Positions 30,018 to 39,077 of a DNA stretch of 64,000 bases are shown piece by piece. The position numbers were made by a program, and so were the translations under genes. Position 1 is the first letter of the stretch. The number at the start of each line of letters is the position of its first letter. The notes beneath the pieces were generated by a model. That model was not told the origin of the DNA and did not search any database. It saw nothing but the letters and a program-made list of their open reading frames with translations. Source of the DNA: an uncultured Verrucomicrobiae bacterium (GTDB lineage Bacteria > Verrucomicrobiota > Verrucomicrobiia > Chthoniobacterales > UBA10450); contig CAVYXA010000001.1 in the NCBI GenBank assembly GCA_963772365.1, positions 992,001 through 1,056,000 on the forward strand, read 5' to 3'.

Positions 30018-30148
30018 GCTAGACCGTTGCACGAATCACCGTGAACGAACAATTAAAAATCAAACTGACCCACTACCGGATCCCGTGGCATTGCGGTACA
30101 TTTCGCAACGGAATGTCTCGCTTTCGCTCGACATGATGGCGTTGCTAC

Positions 30149-31162
30149 TCATGCGAACTGCCTCAAAAAACGCAGATCGTTCTGCGCGAACAGCCGGATA
30201 TCGGGAATATCGAACAGGATCATGGCCAGCCGATCCATGCCCAGCCCAAAAGCGAAACCGGTCCATTTTTCCGGATCGTACGCATCATCGCTGCGCGCTT
30301 TGTTGACTTGTTCGAATACTTCGGGATGGACCATTCCCGAGCCGGCTACTTCGATCCATTGTTCACCGCTCTTAAGCGCCTTCGATTTCACATAGATTTC
30401 CAAGCTCGGTTCGGTAAAGGGAAAATAGTGCGGACGAAATTGAACGGCCGTGTCCGGTCCGAAAAGCTCACGCATGAAAAACTCGAGCGTGCCTTTCAAA
30501 TCCGCTACGCTGACATTTTCATCGACGTAAAGTCCCTCGATTTGGTGAAACTGCGCGCTGTGCGTGGCATCGACTTCGTCACGCCGATAAGCTGCGCCGG
30601 GGGCGATCACCCGAATCGGCGGCGGAGCAGATTCCATGGTCCGGATTTGAACAGTCGAAGTATGCGTTCGTAAAAGCCGGCCATCGGGAAGATAAAATGT
30701 GTCCTGCTCATTACGCGCAGGATGTTCGGGAGGCGTGTTCAGTGCTTCGAAGCAATGCCATTCCGTTTCGATGTCCGGTCCGTCGGCCAGCGCGAATCCC
30801 ATTCGCCGAAAAATCTGAATGGAACGGTCGAGCATTTGCGTGAGCGGATGCAAGCTGCCGATCTCATGCGGCGTGCCGGGTAATGAGATGTCGATCTTCG
30901 AGAGAGTCTGGGCTTCCTGCTGCGTTTGAAAACTTTTGGCTCGCTGTTCGAGAGCCGCACCGACGGCGGTGCGCGCTTCATTCAACAATTTCCCAACAAT
31001 CGGACGCTCTTCTTTGACGAGCGATTTCATTTGCTCGCCCCAGGCAGAAATGCTGCCGGATTTGCCGAGATATTTTACCCGTGCAGCTTCTAGCGCTTTT
31101 TCATCGGCCGACTCGTCGATTTCACGCAGGGCCTCGTCGCGAAGTTGTTCCAGCGAATGCAT
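30149..31162 (-). CDS. pheS: Phenylalanyl-tRNA synthetase alpha subunit
   Basis: HPARNEQDTF, LLRTHTS, FHQIEGL, YFPFTEPS, GFAFGLGMDRLAM. Start taken at MHSLEQ. Confidence 0.98.
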   Translation of the reverse strand: MHSLEQLRDEALREIDESADEKALEAARVKYLGKSGSISAWGEQMKSLVKEERPIVGKLLNEARTAVGAALEQRAKSFQTQQEAQTLSKIDISLPGTPHEIGSLHPLTQMLDRSIQIFRRMGFALADGPDIETEWHCFEALNTPPEHPARNEQDTFYLPDGRLLRTHTSTVQIRTMESAPPPIRVIAPGAAYRRDEVDATHSAQFHQIEGLYVDENVSVADLKGTLEFFMRELFGPDTAVQFRPHYFPFTEPSLEIYVKSKALKSGEQWIEVAGSGMVHPEVFEQVNKARSDDAYDPEKWTGFAFGLGMDRLAMILFDIPDIRLFAQNDLRFLRQFA

Positions 31163-31167
31163 GAACT

Positions 31168-31234
31168 GTGAATCGTTAAATCGCCACATCGTTACATCGA
31201 AAAATCGATTCACGATTCTCGATGTAACGAATCA
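31168..31234. repeat. Degenerate 8-bp (ATCGTTAC/ATCGTTAA) inverted microsatellite; relatives at 32899-32930, 49644-49720, 54415-54480
   Basis: gtgaatcgttaaatcgccacatcgttacatcg...cgattcacgattctcgatgtaacgaatcac. Confidence 0.65.
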
Positions 31235-31618
31235 CGCCGCTTTTTTCTTTGACTTCGACTTGTCTTCCAGCGCGGCCTTCGCTTGATCGACAATTGATTT
31301 GAACGCCGCTTCGTCGGTCACGGCCAGATCGGCGAGGATCTTGCGATCCAGCCCGATACCTGCGGCTTTCAGTCCTTCAGCAAATCGGCTGTAAGTCATT
31401 CCATTGGCGCGGGCAGCCGCGTTTAATCGTTGAATCCAAAGATAACGGAACGTTCGCTTGCGCGTTTTACGGTCGCGATATGCCCAATACTGGGCTTTCA
31501 TCGTCGCGTCTTTGGCGTAGCGGAAAAGTTTGGAACGGCGTCCGCGGTAGCCTTTGGCTTTTTTCAGAATGCGTTTGCGTCGCGCCCGGCTGGCCGGCGC
31601 GTTAGTGGCTCTTGGCAT
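31232..31618 (-). CDS. rplT: 50S ribosomal protein L20
   Basis: MPRATN...AKGYRGRRS...[23 protein letters not shown]...[10 protein letters not shown]. Confidence 0.98.
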   Translation of the reverse strand: MPRATNAPASRARRKRILKKAKGYRGRRSKLFRYAKDATMKAQYWAYRDRKTRKRTFRYLWIQRLNAAARANGMTYSRFAEGLKAAGIGLDRKILADLAVTDEAAFKSIVDQAKAALEDKSKSKKKAA

Positions 31619-31792
31619 TTGTGTTTCGTCTCCGCTCTCGCGAAAGACTCCTCGTTCAGCGGGCTGTTGTTACATTGTCGATCCTTCCGACCTCGCTCGC
31701 TGATTCATCCGGCAGCTGCCGGACAGGTGGAAAGATTTGAGCGAGGAAGGTAGAGAACAAACCACAAATGACAACCGAATTGTCGTTCCGCC

Positions 31793-32548
31793 CTAATTGC
31801 TCCGGGATGGTCTTTTGATGGCGACGCCTTCCTGCTCCAAGCGCGATCGCAGCTCACGAGCAAATTCCACCGCCTCGGGATTATCGCCGTGCAGGCAGAT
31901 CGTTTCCGCGCGAACATCGCCATCCGGTCCCTCAACGCTGCGCACTTTTCCCTCGCGTAGCATTCGCAGGACCCGCGGCGCGGCTTCTTTGGCATCGTGA
32001 AGCAATGCATCCGGCCGGGAGCGCGAGACCAGCCAGCCGTTGGCGAGATAATTCCGATCCGCAAAAACCTCATAAGCGATTTGCAAGCCGTGAACCAGCC
32101 CTGCGCGCGCCATTGCGCTTTTGTCTGGCGCAAACAGAATCAATTTCGGATCGACAGATTTCGTAGCGCGGACGATTGCGTCCGCCAACTTCTCATCGCG
32201 GACCGCCATGTTATACAGCGCGCCATGCGCCTTCACATGATTGACCTCGACTCCGGCGGCGGTTGCGATCGCTTGAAACACGCCGAGCTGATAAACGACT
32301 GCGTCGAAAACTTCCTCGGGACTAACGTTCAACTCTTTGCGTCCGAAGTTTTCGCGGTCGAAAAAACTTGGATGCGCACCGACGGCGACACCGTGTGCTT
32401 TCGCCGCCATGACAGCAGCGTGCATGGTATCGGCGTCGCCGGCGTGAAAACCAGTTGCCACGTTTGCCGAGCTGATCAGCTCGAAGAGTTCCTCATCGTG
32501 TCCCGCGCCTTCGCCGAGATCGGCATTGAGATCGACATGCAAACTCAT
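31793..32548 (-). CDS. pxpA: 5-oxoprolinase subunit A (LamB/YcsF)
   Basis: DLNADLGEG, ISSANVATGFHAGD, HVKAHGALYN, EVFADRNY, ICLHGD. Confidence 0.95.
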   Translation of the reverse strand: MSLHVDLNADLGEGAGHDEELFELISSANVATGFHAGDADTMHAAVMAAKAHGVAVGAHPSFFDRENFGRKELNVSPEEVFDAVVYQLGVFQAIATAAGVEVNHVKAHGALYNMAVRDEKLADAIVRATKSVDPKLILFAPDKSAMARAGLVHGLQIAYEVFADRNYLANGWLVSRSRPDALLHDAKEAAPRVLRMLREGKVRSVEGPDGDVRAETICLHGDNPEAVEFARELRSRLEQEGVAIKRPSRSN

Positions 32549-33522
32549 AAAGGGCGCAGGCTGAGCCCGACTCGAAACCGTTCCAGTTCGCGTTCTCTCT
32601 TGATCAGCAATCCGTGCGATTCTGCGAGAGAGATCTCGCGAAACGTGACTTTATCGCCGCCCCGAAGCTGCGCAGCCTGAGGAAGATCGACAGTGATCAC
32701 GTGCGCGATTTTGGGATAACCGCCGATCGTTTGGCAATCTCCAAGCAACAGAATTGGTTTTCCGCTCGGCGGCACCTGGATTGTGCCCGGCGCCACCGCT
32801 TCGGAAATAAGATCGACATCGTCCTTACGCTTCAATTCCACTCCGTCCAATCTTGCGCCCATTCGATCGGACTCTGTCGTAACTGTGAAAGCCTGATTCG
32901 TGAATCGTTGCATCGTTGCATCGTTGCATCGGAACCAATCTGCGCCACGAATGAAACGCAAATTCGGTGTGGTCCGTGCCGGACTCACCCATTCATGCGG
33001 CGCGCTCCATGGCGAAATTCTTTCTGTAGTCCCGACGTCTCGGGACGATCGTCGCCGTCTGGCTAACGGAATTTCGTCGCCATCGCGTAATATGCGGCCA
33101 TTAAACCCACCGAACCCGGCCCGGAGATCAGTCGATCGGCTCCCGAGAATTAGTGGCACATCGATCCCACCAGAGATGGCCACCCAGCATCGACAACCGA
33201 CTTCCGCATGCTGAAATTTCATTTCATCACGGGCGCTTACATGCGCGGCGTGTCCGGCCGGGAGTGACGTGGATCCTAATCGCACATCGAATTCGCCGCC
33301 GCACCAGGCGACAATCCGCTTATCTGCGAAGCGCAGTTGTAAACCGCCTAACGTAATTTCAAGCCCAGCGGCCGACTCATCGTTGCCGACGAGAAGATTT
33401 GCGATGCGCAGCGCAAATGGATCGAGCGCGCCACTGGTCGATACGCCGAATCGCCGAAAACCTGTTCTCCCAAGATCCTGAACGCTGGTCAGGAATCCAG
33501 CGCGCAAAATGGTTGCGCTCAT
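32545..33522 (-). CDS. pxpC: 5-oxoprolinase subunit C
   Basis: TSVQDLGR, LGSRST, SDRMGARL, GTIQVPPSG, QTIGGYPKI. Confidence 0.93.
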   Translation of the reverse strand: MSATILRAGFLTSVQDLGRTGFRRFGVSTSGALDPFALRIANLLVGNDESAAGLEITLGGLQLRFADKRIVAWCGGEFDVRLGSTSLPAGHAAHVSARDEMKFQHAEVGCRCWVAISGGIDVPLILGSRSTDLRAGFGGFNGRILRDGDEIPLARRRRSSRDVGTTERISPWSAPHEWVSPARTTPNLRFIRGADWFRCNDATMQRFTNQAFTVTTESDRMGARLDGVELKRKDDVDLISEAVAPGTIQVPPSGKPILLLGDCQTIGGYPKIAHVITVDLPQAAQLRGGDKVTFREISLAESHGLLIKRERELERFRVGLSLRPL

Positions 33523-34235
33523 TTCGACAATGCAACGAATTCGTCGCGGGTGATTGACCGGATTCGGACGCGATCGCCTGCCTGCAAAAGCGTTGGCGGA
33601 TCTTTTTGCGGATCAAACAGCCTCAATGGCGTCCGGCCAATCAAATTCCAGCCGCCCGGAGAACGGAGAGGATAGATTCCGGTTTGCGCGCCTCCGATTC
33701 CCACCGAGCCGGCTGGAATTTCCTTCCGCGGTGTCGCCCTGCGCGGCGTGGCCAGTTTGCCCGGCATTCCCGAAAGGAACGGAAAACCTGGCGTGAAACC
33801 GATGCAGCTCACTCGATATTCAGCCGCGCTGTGGAGATCGACAATTTCTATTACCGACAATCCTGTTTGCCGCGCCACGTCAGATAGATCGAATCCAAAC
33901 TCCGGATCGTAACAGACCGGGATTTCGACTACGCGCTCGGTGAGACGCAGATTCGAGCCGGGGTCAGCGCCGGCGGCTACAGCGGCTTGAATTTGTTGAG
34001 CAAGTCGATCAAGGATGTGGGTCTCTTCTCCATTGCTGTCTGCCACGCTGACCGGATAAAAGAAAACGGCAACCGTGGTGTAAGCTGGCGCCAGCTCAAT
34101 CACTCCGGGAATTCGAGCCGCTTCCAACCGGCGAAATACGCGCAGGACCTCCCTAGCTGTTTCATCAGGCGCATCGTCAAATCGATCCCGCACCCGCAGG
34201 ATCAAAGCCGAATCTCCAAGCGGTGCAATGTCCAT
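33519..34235 (-). CDS. pxpB: 5-oxoprolinase subunit B
   Basis: PLGDSAL, EIPVCY, GFTPGFPFL, GIYPLRSPGGWNLIGRTP. Confidence 0.95.
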   Translation of the reverse strand: MDIAPLGDSALILRVRDRFDDAPDETAREVLRVFRRLEAARIPGVIELAPAYTTVAVFFYPVSVADSNGEETHILDRLAQQIQAAVAAGADPGSNLRLTERVVEIPVCYDPEFGFDLSDVARQTGLSVIEIVDLHSAAEYRVSCIGFTPGFPFLSGMPGKLATPRRATPRKEIPAGSVGIGGAQTGIYPLRSPGGWNLIGRTPLRLFDPQKDPPTLLQAGDRVRIRSITRDEFVALSK

Positions 34236-34247
34236 CGCGCTATCCTC

Positions 34248-34805
34248 TCATGTTGAGGAACGGGACGCGCCCAGTGTTTTTAAAAGAGGAGTGCGCGACA
34301 GAGGCAATCTCCCGAACAGATTGCCCAGGGCAAAAGCGGGATCGCTCTTGAGCTTTTTCACGTCGTGCACGCCGGCGATGCGAGCCAGTTCGGTTTCAAA
34401 ATGCGAGACCGCGCGGAGAGTTGGATCGTTCCCGTCGAGATAACCGAACGCGCGTCGCAGAAGATCGAACAGCTCCGGCTCATGATGATCGCGCTCGGTG
34501 CAAATCTCGATCAGTTCGACAAAGTACGCCGCGGTCTGTGTTCGTGAGTAGTTTTGCCGAATGCCGCCAAATGGATTTTTAAGAATTACTTCAGTCAGCG
34601 TATGCAATGTCGATCTTCGGCTCCGTGCGATTTGGATTTCTGTTTCGAAAAAAAGGTCGAGCTTCCCGGCGAACTGGCTTTTGGCCCGACGGGCCCCTTT
34701 GGCAACGGTTTGAATGCAGCCGAGTGATTCTGTGCACCAGGAGACGATCAGGCTGGTATCGCTAAACTTCCGTCTGCGTAACAGAATTGCCGCGCTGCTT
34801 TCCAC
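34248..34805 (-). CDS. recO: DNA repair protein RecO (short form)
   Basis: AILLRRRKFSDTSLIV, VAKGARRAKSQF, AAYFVEL, FETEL. Confidence 0.85.
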   Translation of the reverse strand: MESSAAILLRRRKFSDTSLIVSWCTESLGCIQTVAKGARRAKSQFAGKLDLFFETEIQIARSRRSTLHTLTEVILKNPFGGIRQNYSRTQTAAYFVELIEICTERDHHEPELFDLLRRAFGYLDGNDPTLRAVSHFETELARIAGVHDVKKLKSDPAFALGNLFGRLPLSRTPLLKTLGASRSST

Positions 34806-34859
34806 ATGAATTCATAGCGCGAGACTTTGCGGGAGGCGAACTTCCACACAGATTTCGGC

Positions 34860-36158
34860 ATGTCATCGAGAACGACCGAAACCGCGCGTGTGCCGGAAGA
34901 CCTCAGTGGCCGGCTGCGACGTATGCCCGTCGGCGGCGTAAGCTGGCGACACACTTTTCGCGCGCTCCGACATCGCAATTACCGCCTCTTCTTCTGGGGC
35001 CAGCTCGTCTCGCTCATCGGCACTTGGATGCAACAAACAGCGATGAGCTGGTACGTGTACGAGATCACGAATTCAAAACTTTTACTGGGCACCGTCGCAG
35101 CTGTGGGTTCGGCGCCGATGATGCTGTTTTCAATCTGGGGCGGCTCACTGGCCGATCTTTATCCGAAACGCTCGATTCTCTTGATCACACAGAGCGCGCA
35201 AATGGCTTGCGCGTTCTTACTCGCCGCCGGCGCATGGGCCGGATTCGCGACGCCGCTTTTTATCATGGTCATCGCGGCTTTGAACGGAATCGCAATGGGA
35301 TTCGATATGCCGGCGCGTCAGGCGTTCACCGTCGAAATGACCAGCCGCGAAGATTTGCTCAACGCGATTTCGCTCAATAGCTCGATCGTTAACGGCGCCC
35401 GCGTTGTCGGGCCGTCGATTGCCGGTTTGCTGATTGGCGCAGTGGGCGTGGCTATGTGTTTTTTCCTCAATGGGGTAACGTTTATTGCAGTGATTGCCGG
35501 GCTGATCATGATGCGATTGCCGCCTTTTCATCAACCCAGCCGGCATGTCTCGGCCGGGGAACACGCCTGGAACGGTATTGTGTATTCCGCGAAACACCCT
35601 CGGGTCCGGACGATACTTTTGCTGTTTCTTGCAGTCGGTGTGTTTGGCTGGTCGTACGCGGTGCTGATGCCTGCCTTTGCAAAAGATGTTCTCAATCGTG
35701 GAGCCAACGGCTACGGAATTTTAATGTCGGCAAGCGGGACAGGCGCGCTTATCGGTGCCCTCGTGGTCGCGACATGGGGCCACTTGATTGCGCCAAGAAA
35801 ACTTGCCCTCGGCGGTGTCTGGGTTTTTTCGGCGGCCTTACTCGCAATTTCGTTCACGCGAAGTTTTTCTTTGTCGCTAGTGTTCCTCTGTATTGCCGGA
35901 TTCGGCATGCTCCTATTTTTTTCAACTTCAAACACCGTTCTCCAAACGATCGTCCCCGACGAAATGCGCGGGCGCGTGATGGGGATTTGGTCGCTCGTGT
36001 TTGGCGCGATGATTCCATTCGGGAGTTTGGAAGCCGGCACCGTCGCTAATTGGATCGGAACGCCGTTCGCACTTGGTTTGGGCGGCATTGTCTGCGCCGC
36101 GTCTGCCGTGGTAACGCTCGTTATGATCCGACGCCGTGAAACCGCGAAGGCTCAGTAG
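34860..36158 (+). CDS. MFS transporter (MFS_3-like)
   Basis: FRALRHRNYRLFFWGQLVSLIGTWMQ, FDMPARQAF, PDEMRGRVM, about 12 TM segments. Confidence 0.93.
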   Translation: MSSRTTETARVPEDLSGRLRRMPVGGVSWRHTFRALRHRNYRLFFWGQLVSLIGTWMQQTAMSWYVYEITNSKLLLGTVAAVGSAPMMLFSIWGGSLADLYPKRSILLITQSAQMACAFLLAAGAWAGFATPLFIMVIAALNGIAMGFDMPARQAFTVEMTSREDLLNAISLNSSIVNGARVVGPSIAGLLIGAVGVAMCFFLNGVTFIAVIAGLIMMRLPPFHQPSRHVSAGEHAWNGIVYSAKHPRVRTILLLFLAVGVFGWSYAVLMPAFAKDVLNRGANGYGILMSASGTGALIGALVVATWGHLIAPRKLALGGVWVFSAALLAISFTRSFSLSLVFLCIAGFGMLLFFSTSNTVLQTIVPDEMRGRVMGIWSLVFGAMIPFGSLEAGTVANWIGTPFALGLGGIVCAASAVVTLVMIRRRETAKAQ

Positions 36159-37565
36159 TCAACGATTGACTATGTGAAGCGCTCGTTTCTCCACGTTCAG
36201 CGCCGCTTCTTTCACTGCTTCACTTAAGGTCGGATGCGAATGACAGGTGCGACCTAGATCTTCCGAGCTTCCGCCAAATTCCATCACCGACGCGGCTTCC
36301 GCGATTAGTTCCGAGGCCACGTGTTGCAAAATGTGGGCTCCGAGAATTCGATCCGTCTTCGCGTCGGCGACAAATTTGACCATTCCATCGACATCTTCGT
36401 TCGCCAACGCGCGGCCATTCGCGCGAAATGGAAATTTCCCAATCCGCACGTCGAGACCTTTTTCTTTGGCCTGATCTTCCGTGATCCCGACGCCCGCCAG
36501 CTCGGGATTTGTGTAAATGATTCCAGGGATCACGTCGTAGTTAATGTGACCTGCTTTGCCCGCGATGATCTCGACGCAGGCAATCCCTTCATCTTCAGCT
36601 TTATGCGCCAGCATTGGCCCCGCGACGACATCGCCAATCGCGTAAATGCCCTCGACATTCGTGCGGAAATTCTTGTCGATCTTGATTCGTTTCTTCTCGT
36701 CAAATTCGACCCCGACCTTTTCCGCGCCCAGGCCCTCCGAAAATGGTTTGCGACCGACTGAGACGAGCACCTTATCGGCATCGAACTTCATTTCTTCGCC
36801 GCCTTTTGTCGCGGTCGCGATCACTTTGCCGTTGTCGATCTTCACGTCGCTGACTTTGGTTTCGAGATGAAACGTCATTCCTTGCGCGGCAAGTGACCGT
36901 TGAAGCAGGTTCGATAATTCAAGATCGAACCCGACCGCGATCCGCGCCAGAAATTCGAGCATTGTCACTTCTGAACCGAGCCGGTTCCAGACGGAGCCTA
37001 ATTCGAGACCAATCGCACCCGCGCCGATCACGAGAAATTTTTTCGGAGGCTCCGTAAAACAAAGCGCCTCCGTGCTGCTCACGATTTTGTCGCTGTCGAA
37101 TTTCGCGAAGGGCAATTCGACCGGAACGCTACCCGTCGCGATCACGATATTTTTCGTCTCGATCTCCTGAATTTCGCCCTTCGATGATTTCACCGAAACT
37201 TTGCAGGGAGCGGTGATTGTGCCCAACCCTTCGAACGTGGTCACCTTGTTCGTCTTCATCAATGCGCGCACGCCACCGGTGAGCGTCTTCACGACTTTTT
37301 CTTTGCGCGCTTGCATCTTGCCAAGATCAAGATCGACATCGCCGACTTTGATCCCGTGTTTCTCCGCTTCCTTTTTCACGAAAACGAAATGATCGCTCGA
37401 CGTGAGCAAGGCCTTGCTCGGAATACAACCGACGTTGAGACAAGTACCGCCCAGTTCCTTGTCCTTCTCGACAATCGCGGTTTTCAGGCCGAGCTGCCCA
37501 GCGCGGATCGCAGCCACATAGCCCCCCGGCCCGGAACCGATGATTACGACATCAAATTTGTCCAT
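36159..37565 (-). CDS. lpdA: Dihydrolipoyl dehydrogenase (E3)
   Basis: GSGPGGYVAAIR, GGTCLNVGCIPSK, HPTLSE. Confidence 0.97.
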   Translation of the reverse strand: MDKFDVVIIGSGPGGYVAAIRAGQLGLKTAIVEKDKELGGTCLNVGCIPSKALLTSSDHFVFVKKEAEKHGIKVGDVDLDLGKMQARKEKVVKTLTGGVRALMKTNKVTTFEGLGTITAPCKVSVKSSKGEIQEIETKNIVIATGSVPVELPFAKFDSDKIVSSTEALCFTEPPKKFLVIGAGAIGLELGSVWNRLGSEVTMLEFLARIAVGFDLELSNLLQRSLAAQGMTFHLETKVSDVKIDNGKVIATATKGGEEMKFDADKVLVSVGRKPFSEGLGAEKVGVEFDEKKRIKIDKNFRTNVEGIYAIGDVVAGPMLAHKAEDEGIACVEIIAGKAGHINYDVIPGIIYTNPELAGVGITEDQAKEKGLDVRIGKFPFRANGRALANEDVDGMVKFVADAKTDRILGAHILQHVASELIAEAASVMEFGGSSEDLGRTCHSHPTLSEAVKEAALNVEKRALHIVNR

Positions 37566-37574
37566 ATTTTACTC

Positions 37575-37709
37575 TGTCATTCTGAGCACAGCGAAGAATC
37601 TCGAAACATTCGGGCTTTCCTACACCCAAGACGAATGATCGGAGATGTTTCGCTTCGCTCAACATGACAATCATCTCACCTTGTCATTCTGAGCAACGCG
37701 AAGAATCTC
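37575..37709. repeat. Family-A palindrome (37575-37669) plus extra left arm (37682-37709)
   Basis: TGTCATTCTGAGCACAGCGAAGAATCTC...GAGATGTTTCGCTTCGCTCAACATGACA, then TGTCATTCTGAGCAACGCGAAGAATCTC. Confidence 0.85.
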
Positions 37710-37734
37710 AAATCATTTTTTGGGAACGACTGGA

Positions 37735-39021
37735 TTAAAAATCGAGCGGCAACTTCGTTGGGTCCTCGATACATTCCTTCACTTCCACGAGAAACGTGAC
37801 GGATTCCTTGCCATCGATGGCGCGATGATCGTAGCTGAGCGCGAGATACATCATCGGGCGGACCTCAACTTTCCCGTCGATTGCGACCGGGCGCGGCATG
37901 ATCTTGTGCATGCCCAAAATCCCACTTTGTGGCGGATTGAGAATCGGGGTGGCGAAGAGTGAGCCGAAAACTCCACCGTTAGTGATGGTAAATGTCCCGC
38001 CTTGCAGTTCTTCAATCTTCAATTTTCCCTCACGCGCCCTCGTCGCGAATCCGGCGATGTCGCGCTCTAATTCGGCGAAACTTTTCTTGTCGGCGTCGCG
38101 CACGACCGGGACGACGAGGCCGCGTTCGGTGCTCACGGCGATTCCAATATCGTAAAATTTGTTCTGGATAAAATCGCCATCTTCGATCCGGCCATTTACC
38201 GGCGGCACGGATTTGAGCGCTTCGATGGCGGCTTTGATGAAGAACGACATGAAACCGAGTTTTACGCCGTTCTTTTTGGTAAACGCTTCCTGTGATTCAG
38301 CGCGCAACTTCTGAACCGCACTCATATCGCATTCATTAAAGGTCGTAAGAGTCGCGGTCGTTTGCTGCGACATCACCAGTTGTTCCGCGATTTTGCGGCG
38401 CAACGGTGACATCTTTTTGCGCGTAAATCGGCCACCGCTCGATACAGGGGCGGCGGCAGGAAAGCTGTCAGCTTCCCCAACAGGCTTTTCTGCCGACCGA
38501 GAAAGAGACTGTCGATCCTCAGTGGCGGCGAGCACGTCGCCCTTGGTCAAGCGACCCCCTTTTCCGGTACCGGAAATTTTCCCGGGTACTAGATCCTTTT
38601 CCTCGACAATCCGTCGAACCGCGGGCGACAAATCTTTTTCCGGCACCGCCGCCTCTTTTGCCTTCTCTGCTTTCTTCTCAACCGCAGCTTGTTGTTTTTT
38701 CGCTTCCGCTTCTTCCTTTGCTTCTTTCTTCTCAGGCTCTGTCTTTTTCTCTGCCGGCTTCGTTTCTCTGTCCTGAGGTCCCGACTTCGAATCGTCAATC
38801 GTGGCCACTACTTCGCCGATTTTTACTTCCTGGCCTTCCGGCACTTTCGTTTCGAGCAAACCGGCCTTCTCCGCCACAATTTCCGTGGAGACTTTGTCGG
38901 TCTCCAAAGTGAAGAGCGGCTCGCCTTCGTTGACAAAATCTCCGGACTTCTTGTGCCATGTTGTGACGACACCGCTGGTGATCGATTCACCGACAGCTGG
39001 TATTTTTACTTCAATGGCCAT
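37735..39021 (-). CDS. sucB: 2-oxoglutarate dehydrogenase E2 (dihydrolipoyl succinyltransferase)
   Basis: [14 protein letters not shown], lipoyl [28 protein letters not shown]. True start 39021. Confidence 0.96.
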   Translation of the reverse strand: MAIEVKIPAVGESITSGVVTTWHKKSGDFVNEGEPLFTLETDKVSTEIVAEKAGLLETKVPEGQEVKIGEVVATIDDSKSGPQDRETKPAEKKTEPEKKEAKEEAEAKKQQAAVEKKAEKAKEAAVPEKDLSPAVRRIVEEKDLVPGKISGTGKGGRLTKGDVLAATEDRQSLSRSAEKPVGEADSFPAAAPVSSGGRFTRKKMSPLRRKIAEQLVMSQQTTATLTTFNECDMSAVQKLRAESQEAFTKKNGVKLGFMSFFIKAAIEALKSVPPVNGRIEDGDFIQNKFYDIGIAVSTERGLVVPVVRDADKKSFAELERDIAGFATRAREGKLKIEELQGGTFTITNGGVFGSLFATPILNPPQSGILGMHKIMPRPVAIDGKVEVRPMMYLALSYDHRAIDGKESVTFLVEVKECIEDPTKLPLDF

Positions 39022-39077
39022 CGCCTGATGAGCGTCGCGGGAGGAAGCTCGTTCGTCAACAGCCCAGGGTGGCAGAT

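Larger units (their letters stand above)
27224..30077. mobile_element. IS1-family element with passenger genes (2854 bp), inserted in a family-A palindrome between pheS and pheT
   Basis: Perfect 16-bp TIRs GGTAGTGGGTCAGTTT (27224-27239) and AAACTGACCCACTACC (30062-30077). 8-bp direct repeat GGATCCCG at 27216-27223 and 30078-30085. Internal DDE transposase. Confidence 0.93.

Noticed and set aside
37575..37709. Repeated ~28-bp arms suggesting a CRISPR array
   Set aside because: The arms are inverted pairs dispersed across the window, not direct repeats with unique equal-length spacers, and no cas genes are present.
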